Of a DNA stretch of 64,000 nt, positions 12,201 to 21,020 are shown one piece after another (the stretch's first letter is position 1; each line of letters begins with the position of its first letter). The stretch spans positions 85,064,001-85,128,000 of the forward strand of contig NC_092351.1 in the NCBI RefSeq assembly GCF_963676685.1. The letters run 5' to 3'. A program made the translations under genes and the position numbers. The notes below the pieces were generated by a model. The model was not told the origin of the DNA. It was given only the letters and a program-made list of their open reading frames with translations, and searched no databases. Origin of the DNA: Mytilus edulis (taxonomy: Eukaryota).

Positions 12201-15013
12201 TTTTCAGTGTAATTTTATCTCCCTTCTTGCTATTTGAGGCATAAAACGTGAAAAAAATATTTGATAGGGGCATAAAAAAAATGGCAAGTAGCACACTATC
12301 TACACTAGGGACTATATTTGTGGACAACGAAAATCAAGGGGACGATAACTGTGTACTCGGATATAAAATTTTAATCCTGATATAACCAATGTTTTTTCAA
12401 CTGATCGGGCGGAGCTTACGTTTTAATTTGCATAAGGACAGTCTATTTGAAGATGTGTGTGATTAGGATGATTGCCGTTATAATTAATATTGATTTTTAA
12501 TCACCTATCAGTGTCATCAAAGGAATTTACAAAAAAATGACTGGACACTTCATTGATGAGTTTATCCTAAAACACCTATCTATAGATGGACTGGTGTATT
12601 ATAAGCGAAACAGTTAAACCCCGCCCAGTCAAGTGAAATAAATAGAGTTATATCTATGATGAGTTTTATCTGAACTTGCATTTGTATGTGGATACTATCT
12701 TGTGTGTAGATATTGAAGAGTTACCATGCATGGTTCGATTTGAACAAATTTGCACTGAGATAAATGTATATTGACAAGTACTTTTAAACACAACACGGAT
12801 GCAATATTCAAATAAGACATCAACTTGTATCGTAAAACTGCATGCATTTGGAGAGGTAAATACATCAACATGTAGACAGTATAATAGAACAGTCAATTTT
12901 CTATCTTATCATTAATCTGAAGAGGGAATATGATAGGACATAATGATAAAGTAAGTTATCTAGCATTGATTTTGGTGATGGCTGAATACACCATTTAATA
13001 AAAATGGAAAGGTATATTTTCTATAAAAAATAATGTCTTGAACGATGGTTAAAAAGAATGGTATACCCTTTGGACAATGTTTAACACAAATTGTAAGATT
13101 AAAACTTTTCATTCGAGTTCGAAGAGCTTAACGTTTTTGCAAGATCTAATTAATAAGTGTTCGAAATCTACAAAACAAAGTCTTCATATTTTTATATTGA
13201 TACCAGAATTCTTTATAGAAATATCTCGATTTTTATGACGTGATTGCATTTTTAACAAATATCTAAATGAGAGAAACATGAGTATAAACTGCTATATATA
13301 AATAAAAACGGTTATATATACAAATAGATTAACAGTGATTGTACGCTTCTAAAAATGAACAAATTTTACATATTTTAATATCAGCCTAACATTATTACAT
13401 TGCTTATGCTTCCCTAACTGGAATTTGAATTCATGCTTATGATATTTCATGGCACATACTAGCCTTGCACTATGCAAGACGCACTGGACCACTCGACCAA
13501 CTAGGCTCTACTGATAAGTCTTATGTAGACGACACGTCCATCAGGCGTATTAAATAATTAGCCTGGTTCCTTTGATAACTATTATCTTATATAATAAATA
13601 TTTAATTTTGGGCGATTTGCCTCTTTTTAAAATCTAATAATAGGTTTTTAAGATTTTTGTTGGATATAATAATGCACGTTTAAATGCAAAATTCCCATTT
13701 CTAAAACTGCATTTGCAAAAGCATTTTTTTTTAATTAATGAATTCATAAAATAAAATTATAAAAAGTTCTTGTGTTGTACCAATCGATCTGCCATGGACA
13801 ATATATGAGGGGGAGGACAGGGGTAAGGGAGACAGGGTGAAAGGTGGTAGGAGAAAGAACTAAGGGGGTGGGAGAAAGGAGAAAGGGGGTAGGAGAAAGG
13901 AGAGGAAGGCTGGGAGAAAGGAGAAAAAGTTGGAGAAAGGAGAAAAAATAAAATATCTCTCTTTTTTCGGTAAATTAAAAAAAAAAAATAAGGAGAAGAG
14001 GGGTAGGAGAAAGGAGAATAGGGATGGGAGAAGGGAGAAGGGTACCCCCTGTCCTCCCCCTCATAACTAAGGAAAACGTAAACTAGCAACAACAAAACAA
14101 CGATGATAAAGTTGCTGAATTTCCCGTTTATTGTCAAGTTATAGAGATTGTAAAGGTTGCTGTAACCTTCCTCCGGATAGTTACGAAGGCGAACTGATAT
14201 AAGAACAGGAAGATATGGGACCAACAAGGATATTGATTGATTGATACTTGGCTGCTCTACGTCCAGCAGGACCAAATAATAGGACAGGCTTACAAATAAA
14301 CGCCTTTCTTTTTCATTTGTTTTTTTAAGAACTAATTAGAAATGTCTTAATTTACAAAGTATTCGTTAAATGATGTTTGCTATTAATGTTTTTTAATCAG
14401 TGTAAAAACTCAACAGGGATAAATGGCATACATATTTTACTCAAGACGCACCGTTCGTCTACACAGTAATCTACTAGTGCAACAGAATGAATATAATTGG
14501 ATTGCAAAGTCAAAAGCATAGTTGAATTGCATTTAAACCAAAACAACGAAAACTGTTTCCAAATACAACAAAAGCAATCGATCCCTAAGGATTGAAAACC
14601 TTAGTACATTGCTTTTATTAGAATTATGTTATACTTTATAAACAGTTAATTTACAGAAAATGAAAGTTTCAAAGATAAGTTGTCAACTCCAACGTCCTGG
14701 CTTCTGGCATGGCGATTTCATAGTCGACAAAACTTCCACCATCAGTATCAACCAAGGGGTTGTAAAAAAACTTACCAAAGCAATCGGCGTATACGTACAC
14801 TTGCTCTTTGTAGGCACATTCTATTCGTTTTATCAATTAATCTAAAATGGTAATATTATCGGATACTAGGGTAAAGAAATTGGCGAGATTTTAGAACAAA
14901 CAAAAACATTTTCTAAAGATTCATGCTGCAGTTATTTTAATTTAATTTAATGTTTTCTTGTAGACATGGCAGAGCCAGCGGATATGATGGTTATTTCTGT
15001 CCTAGCAGAATAA
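299..15013 (+). CDS. Multi-exon gene, copy 1 (5' end outside window): Cys-containing exon, basic linker and uncharacterised ~180-aa invertebrate domain; probably secreted
   Basis: GT-AG exons with compatible phases: 299-370 (GDQLPCPDGLTSSTGFTPGCVNSS), 2552-2593 (CSGIGKLKEARPIR), 8308-8343 (SAGKGKRKKARR), 9509-9678 (IWFPVFVAFEGNGKSVYDAW...NANIRM), 9992-10152 (VKVEFFKNNQ...NYFSIAG), 11566-11732 (DHQRKFYVNQNYGGCAKDQGW...RNWTR), 14964-15013 (NMAEPADMMVISVLAE*). The joined 698 nt plus 1 upstream nt give 233 codons with no internal stop. Confidence 0.85.
3900..3950 (-). mobile_element. Retrozyme end fragment, truncated within the hammerhead
   Basis: AATAAACTCATCATAGATACCAGGACTAAATGTTGTATATACGCCAGACG matches the start of the 18525 and 62366 fragments. 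Confidence 0.55.
5351..5621. mobile_element. Kolobok-like MITE with TTAA TSD (copies 22190-22446, 36802-37074, 51958-52214)
   Basis: TTAA|GGTGGTACCCAACACT...AGTGTTAGGTACAACC|TTAA in unit 2; RR..YY termini with a TTAA TSD. Confidence 0.7.
5690..6030. repeat. Degenerate ~55-60-bp tandem repeat (all units)
   Basis: Recurrent TTT..GTTTAAGACAAACGGAGACAACAA-like motif at ~5830, 5887, 5940 and 6000. Confidence 0.55.
6446..8200 (+). mobile_element. Non-autonomous Helentron-associated (HINE/DINE-1-like) element, unit 1 only
   Basis: Inserted in a T-run (empty site GGTTAGTTTTTTTAATTTAG in units 2-4). Subterminal inverted repeats GCTCACCT (6449) and AGGTGAGC (8167), 5' hairpin TGGCCGAAAGGCCA, CGTC/CGT microsatellite ~6492-6532, two ~500-bp internal repeats (6553, 7513), 3' hairpin AGGCTCTTTAGAGCCT, no TSD. 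Confidence 0.8.
6982..7435. mobile_element. MITE nested in the HINE, 4-bp TSD (Sola2-like termini)
   Basis: AGTT duplicated at 6978-6981 and 7436-7439; imperfect TIR GGGACAATA/TATTGCCCC. The second HINE repeat lacks this segment. Confidence 0.65.
8353..8518 (+). mobile_element. Interspersed repeat 3' fragment just after the micro-exon B donor (all units)
   Basis: Ends GAACAGTGGTATACTACTGTTGCCTTTATT; absent at the matching position after micro-exon A (2600). Confidence 0.55.
10478..10635. mobile_element. Interspersed repeat fragment replacing intron sequence in units 1 and 3 (also ~40165-40320)
   Basis: AAGAATGTGTCCATAGTA.ACGGATGCCCCACTCGCAC...GTACTAAGTTTCAAGTTGATT is present only in units 1 and 3, where ~600 bp seen in unit 4 is missing. 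Confidence 0.55.
13410..13510 (-). mobile_element. tRNA-derived SINE head (decayed)
   Basis: Minus strand TTGGTCGAGTGG (A-box-like) and GAATTCAAATTCC (B-box-like) about 55 nt apart. Confidence 0.4.
13505..13585 (+). mobile_element. Short decayed retrozyme fragment (also ~43298-43378)
   Basis: CTGATAAGTCTTATGTAGACGACACG...CCTGGTTCCTTTGATAACTA resembles the reverse complement of 25531-25605. Confidence 0.6.
13807..14062. mobile_element. Purine-rich MITE with perfect 17-bp TIRs (copies 28628-28880, 43600-43816; absent in unit 4)
   Basis: GAGGGGGAGGACAGGGG ... CCCCTGTCCTCCCCCTC with GGAGAAAG-type internal repeats; ATAACT flanks both sides in unit 2. Confidence 0.8.
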
Positions 15014-15798
15014 TAAAGAGTTGGTTAATAAGATCAACGTTTTGCTTTGAAAGAGTTTGGCAACTGATCTGACATCACACCATATATGGAACGTTATGCT
15101 TTTCTTCTATTAGATACCACTAATTCAATTAGTTTTTATTGTAAACATATTTTTATATACCGGTTAAAGTACAGATCTGGATTCTCTTAAGATAAATCTG
15201 ATTTTACCTGAATTATGATAGTGTAATCAATTTTCCAATTAAAAACTTTCTATACACTATGTGAAATTAGTTTCAATGTATTTAAATGGAACGTATGTGA
15301 TCAAGCCCATGCAACTTCATTTTGTCTGGTTCCAAAAAATACAAAAAGCATGAAGTCCGAATGAATAATACAAAATCTTAACCAATGAAAAACAGAACAA
15401 ATCATTGCCATCTGAACAAAAACGATAGCTCACATAAAAAAAACCAGAAAATATAAAAAAAAAGTGTTATAGATTTCATATTGGGTAAATATGTGAAATG
15501 AACTAAATATCAGGTTGTCTGCATACTGATATTATAAAAGATCAGCTGCAAAATAAACTGTTATCCTTTTCGCGAGTGAGTGCAGCGAATGCTTTCAAAA
15601 AGTCTTCATATGTGCTCAGCTGCAATTTTTACAATATCAATATGTAGTCAATCAGATTACTGAATTATTGATTCGTATTAGTAAATTTTGCATGATAAAA
15701 TATGTGTTTTCATTGTTTCAACTGCAAACCGGACGATAACAGGACAAGTTTTGGTCAATCTTTTTAACGACTGTACATTCCTTATAACGTCGATTGCA

Positions 15799-16258
15799 TG
15801 TTCGGGTCAAATGTATGTAGGCCGGCTCAACGTACTACACACAGCAAAGCTGTGATAGCCATTTTATTCATAGCTTAGTACATTGGACGATCGACCAAGC
15901 TTGATATCAGCCTGAGTTATTAAAATTCAATTCTATAATAATAAAGCTGTTCGGGTCAAATTTAATTAGGCCGGGTCAACGTACTACACGCCACAAAGCT
16001 GTATCAGCTATTTTATACATAGCTTAGTAGTGTGATACAGACATTTGACGATCGACCAAGCTTGATATCAGCCTGAGTTATTAAAATTCAATTTAATAAT
16101 AATAAAGCTGTTCGGATCAACTTTATTTAGGCCGGGTAAACGTACTTCACGCCACAAAGTCGTAATAGCAGTTTTATTCATAGCAGAGTGTGATACGGAC
16201 ATTGGACGATCCATTAAGCTTGATATCAGCCGGAGTCATTAAAAGTCAATTCAATAAT
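15799..16258. repeat. ~150-160-bp tandem repeat, 3 units (also ~30626-31085, ~45543-46001; 4 units at ~59346-59958)
   Basis: TGTTCGGGTCAA...AGGCCGG.TCAACGTACT.CAC...AAGCTTGATATCAGCC.GAGTTATTAAAATTCAATT starts at 15799, 15948 and 16109. Confidence 0.9.
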
Positions 16259-16959
16259 ACACGAGCCTTAAGAAGATTTATTGCTGTTATTTAAAGTTGA
16301 AAAGAAATATTAATTATTTGTTGGAGGAGAATTATATTAAAATGAAGAGATGTGTTAGGACAACTACAAATCAAAGCCCAAATGATGTGTGTATAAGCAT
16401 CAATAAGTCGACAGTAAGACTTAAACAATGATAAAAAATAACCCTATGTAAGATGAAATACAACTCGACATAAGCTTATATTATAGAAATCAAACGAAAA
16501 CACTAGGGGCATGTTTTATGACCAAACAATAAAACAGAATATAACAGACAGCTATTAACGAGAAACCCTGAATTACAGGCTCACGAATTAAAGACTGATG
16601 TTGAATGTAGCGAGGTAAAATATACTGCGAGAGCTCAGTCTTCCTTCTTACTTGAGACCATGGTGTTATAGTAAAACAGTTGAATGTTAAGGGTTAACAG
16701 TCAGACATAATACACGTAAGTACTTCATGGTTACTCAGGTCACTGAGAGGCACTTATAATTATTGATAAATCATGTCCTAACATGTTAAAGAATCAATCA
16801 GTACACAAACGAATTATTGAAAAGTATAACCATGTCTTTGATATTTGAAAATCATCATTGACCTAACGAATAGTCAATGGAAATTTTGAAATGTCGTATC
16901 ATATTGCGAGAAGAGCTATTGAATCAATATATTCATCGTATTTCTTATATAGAGATGAC

Positions 16960-17135
16960 TTAGCTGTATTTGGCAAAACTGTTAGGAAATTGGTTCTCAA
17001 TGCTCTTCAACTTCGTATTTTATTTGGCATTTTTAACATATTTTGATTCGAGCATGACTGATGAGTCTTTGTAGACGAAACGTGCGTGTGGCGTATATGT
17101 GAAATTTCAATCCTGGTATCTATCGTGAGTTTATT
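16960..17135 (+). mobile_element. Decayed retrozyme fragment with degenerate hammerhead (also ~31785-31960, ~46703-46878, ~60668-60843)
   Basis: CTGATGAGTCTTTGTAGACGAAACGTGCGTG at 17058: the cleavage triplet has mutated to GUG and stem I is broken; GAAA>GACA in the unit 4 copy. Confidence 0.7.
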
Positions 17136-18244
17136 CGAAAAGAAAAGTATCAACCCAGTGATTTATATTCAAATTGACTAATGACATCTAGCTTTATTGA
17201 TAATTCCGGAGAACATTGTCAGCCCAGTAAATGTAGTGTGGTCAGTGTTTCGGTACCTTTCTTTTTTTGTACTTCATATACAAACATATACATGAATGCT
17301 TAAGATGGGAAAAATATGTAAAATGCAATTTTAGTGAATTGTTTTATCAAAATGTTAATTTTGTGGCCTTCTTGGAATTGTGTTTTTTTTTAAAACTTCG
17401 CAACTTTATATTTAAAAGTTTGCAAACAAATTAACAACAGCTATAGTAGTGGACAACTTTACATGAAAAATGTGCATAACTGCACAAAAATTAGAAAGCG
17501 TAACCTTCGGCAAAACACCAAAAACAACGATCTATTTTTTAAAAATCTACAACAGGAAAAGATGGAGATTGTGATTTACACGTAAAAACACAAATACAGT
17601 TTTGGCGTCGATAATTGAATTTTGACAAAAATATAAGTGGTATTCTACCAAAAGAAAAGAAGTATTTTACGTCACAGTACTGTGGCAAATGGAGAACGAA
17701 AATGCTCGAAGACATTGCTTTATTGAGGGACCAACAACTACTAATAACGGACTAATGAGGAAAGAAACTTACAAAAATACTATTTTTGTTTTATGAGATT
17801 TAATGTAATTCTATCGCACTGTATTTATAATTTATGAACAAGACGCAAATATTAATAATGAAACAGATGATGTCCGGCAATGGTAAAATTATTAAACTGA
17901 AATCAACCTTGAGATTAACCCTTGGAAAAATACCAAAACCACATCTACGATTTGTTTTTACAATATATTACAGGAAAATATATATATATTGTGAATTACA
18001 CTTTCAAACAAATACAGTTTAAGCGTCGTTGCCATACTGTTCTAGTGATAAAGTGATAAAAAACGAATTAATAAAAAGTATTACCCTGTCTTTGATATTT
18101 AAGATTTATCATTGACCTAACGAATAGCCAATGGAAATTTGGAAATTTGTATTAATTTTCGGAGAAGAGGTATTGAATTAACATATTTATCGTATTATGT
18201 ATTCATACCACACTGTGTTCAATTGTACACAAGGTATAACTAAT

Positions 18245-18420
18245 CTCGTTTGGATTGTTTTACATTGTCTTATCGGGGCCTTTTATAGCTGATTATACGG
18301 TATGGGGTTTGCTCATTGGTCAAGGCCGTATGGTGACCTATGGCTGTTAATGTCTGTGTCATTTTGGTCTCTTGCGGACATTTTTCTCATTGGCAATCAT
18401 ACCACATCTCCTTTTTATAT
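18245..18420 (+). mobile_element. Interspersed repeat 3' end (all units; inverted 43-bp piece at ~58808-58850)
   Basis: GGGGCCTTTTATAGCTG...TCTCATTGGCAATCATACCACATCT.CTTTTTATAT; absent from the paralogous sub-repeat A. Confidence 0.55.
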
Positions 18421-18524
18421 AATAATGTGGAAAATAGATAATTGCCACATCCATAAGAAAAACTATGATATAGAGATGACTTAAAGTCTTATAAAAGGGA
18501 AAGTTATTCCTGCTCATTGTAGTA

Positions 18525-18678
18525 TAAATGAACTTATCATAGATACCAGGATTGAAATTTCATATTAACGCCAGACGCACGTTTCATTTACAAAATACTC
18601 ATCAGTGACGCTCGAATTAAAAAATGTTAAAAAGGCCACATAAAGTACGATGTTGAAGAGCATAGAGGAACAAAATTT
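18525..18678 (-). mobile_element. Retrozyme fragment with weakened hammerhead (also ~33368-33520, ~48275-48428, ~62366-62520)
   Basis: Minus strand GAGCGTCA CTGATGA GTATTTTGTAAAT GAAA CGTGCG TC TGGCGT; core boxes intact, stem II mismatched. Confidence 0.7.
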
Positions 18679-21020
18679 CATAAATAAACTCAGTGATTTA
18701 TATTCACATTGACAAATAATATCTAACTTCATTACTTATTCCGGAAAACATGGTAAGCCATGTAAATGTAGTGTAGTCAGTGTTTTGGTACTTTTTTTAT
18801 CAGTTCATATACAAATATATATGTATAAATGAATGCTTAAGATGGGAGAAATAAGTGCAATTCTAGTAAATTGTTTTATCGAAATGTTAATTTTGTTTGT
18901 GTGACCTTCTCGGAATTGTGATTTTTTTTAACAGTTCGCAACTTCATTTTTAGAAGTAAGCCAAAATATTAACAACAGCTACATTTATCTGGACAACTTT
19001 ACATGAAATATGTTCATAACTGCACGAAAATTAGTAAGCTTAACCTTCGGAAAAACACCCAAAAACCACAACTGCGATCATTTTTTTATTAATCCACAAC
19101 AGGAAAAGATGGATATTGTGAATTACACGAAAAACACAAATACAGTTTTGTCGTCGATAATTTTTAAACCAAAAGAAGAGAAATATAAATTATTTCACCG
19201 TACTGTGACAAATGGAGAACAAAAACACTTGAAGACAGTGCTTTATTGAGGGACCAACAACTACTAATAACGGACTAATGGGGATAAAAACTTATAAAAA
19301 TACTATTTCTATTAAATGGGATTTAATGTAATTTTATCGCATTATATGAATGTTTGTATTATTAACTAGTTTATGTAATTTCTATATAAAAGCAAATTTT
19401 AAAAAGTTTTTTCTGAAAAATTCCTTTTGACAACAGCTGGATGATTATAACTATTTAAATAGATTTACATTTGTTTTGATATTTTCATCAATATCAATGT
19501 TAATTCAATTGTTGTATTTTGTTTAATCTCTTTATAATATTAATTGAAAAATAATGATTCTAAATTAGACAAAAACAATCATCATACTTTTTGTATCGGC
19601 ACATAATTTGTATAACAATGATAGTACGATGACCTTACACGTTGTTTAAGTTTCTCTGAATTACCTGCCTTATTTGAAAGTTCTTTAGTAACAGAAAGAG
19701 GAAACGGCAATTTACCGATGTTCCTAACTCGTAAATACAATCTAAATATAGAAAAAGAGGAAAAAGTCAAAGAAGGCCCATAAATAGGCCAATTAATTTA
19801 TTAATTTATAATCGTCTCATCTAAGGATGTTTTTTTAGTGATATCGTCATCGTTGTTATTGGAATAAATGGCTTCCTAATATTCATGACCTTGAACAAAT
19901 AATTAGTATTGTTCTCCAGTTACTATATTTTTAAGACAAAACGTTAATACAAGGATTTCTCGAAAAAGTCAGGTCAAATTAGTTTGGAATTATAGAAAAA
20001 TTATACAAATGACGGGAAAAAGCTGACGCACTTTAATCTCATATTTAGCAATTGCATCATTTGGGTCTCAAATTGTAAGAAAATAAGTGTAGAATCTGCT
20101 CAAATTTAGCTTAATGATTGTTTATGAGCTATTTAAAACTAAAATGAAAAAGTGGGTGATATGGGGCAAAATATTTTATTCTGTTATGTAGTAAAAAAAG
20201 AGTCTTTAACAGGATATGACTTCATCCTTAATTGATGTGTTAATTACGTGTATCTTTTCTCAAGCTATATTGATAAATGATTGTATCATACACGTAAGTA
20301 CTTGTACCTGTAAGACTAAGACTATGAATGTATTTTATCGTAATTTGCATACATACATTAGATTAGGGGAGGTTTGGGATCCCGCTAACATGTTTGAGTG
20401 CGCCACTTTCTGTATATATGTGCCTGTCCTAAGTCAGGAGCCTGTAATTCAGTAGTTGTCGTTTGTTGATGTTTAAATATTTGTTTTTCGTTCAATTTCT
20501 GTACAGAAATTAGGCCATTAGATTTCTCGCTTGATATTAAACTAAAATGGCAAAGTTATTTATGTGTTCGTGTCTTTCATTGTGTAGTTAAAAATTAGTT
20601 GTTCAAATAATGTATAATTACACATTGTCAATTAATAAAAGAAAACATGTAGATAACATGTAACCAAGACAGCAAATCATCGACCTTTTCGAAAACATAT
20701 CACAGATCGGTTTTGAACACAAAACCATTGAGAACTAATAAAAATAAATCATCCAAAAACTATAATACGATTAAGAATTAGATAAAGACAATTACTCACA
20801 AGGTTCTCGACTTTAAAAATGCCCATGTTGTAAGGTTAAACTATGTCCTGAAATCTCAACAAGTTGCATTGTTAGCATAATGAAAAAAATGATCAGGACG
20901 GTTATTTTTTTTTTAATTTAGAATAAATTAAGTGATAAATGATAAATCGGACTGTTTACTTTTAAAACAGTAATTGTATAAATTAACCTGTGTAATATAA
21001 ATTATTTCTCCGTTCTTCAG

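Larger units (their letters stand above)
857..19344 (+). repeat. Segmental tandem duplication unit 1 (~18.5 kb)
   Basis: Starts at TATGAATGTTTGTATTA.AACTAGTTTATG (857), which recurs at 19345, 34194 and 49095. Longer than the other units because of a private HINE insertion and ~1.8 kb at 2955-4785. Confidence 0.95.
16805..19344. repeat. Older ~1.25-kb tandem duplication inside each unit (A ~16805-18058; B ~18059 to the junction)
   Basis: AACGAATTA.T.AAAAGTAT.ACC.TGTCTTTGATATTT...TCATTGACCTAACGAATAG starts both halves; copy B is complete only in unit 4 (~61905-63387). Confidence 0.85.

Noticed and set aside
13410-13510. tRNA gene
   Set aside because: Only degenerate A/B boxes with no cloverleaf; better explained as a SINE head.
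13757-14275. 172-aa Pro/Ser/Phe-rich minus-strand ORF (and 28584-28955, 43537-44029)
   Set aside because: Translation of a pyrimidine-rich MITE strand; the frame is not conserved between units.
14660-14845. 61-aa ORF conserved in three units
   Set aside because: Intronic, no recognisable motif, not preserved in unit 4; conservation reflects recent duplication.
17365-18920. STAT/GAS-like TTCNNNGAA motifs in both sub-repeats
   Set aside because: Short motif expected by chance in AT-rich DNA, and lost in unit 4 copy B; unsupported without data.
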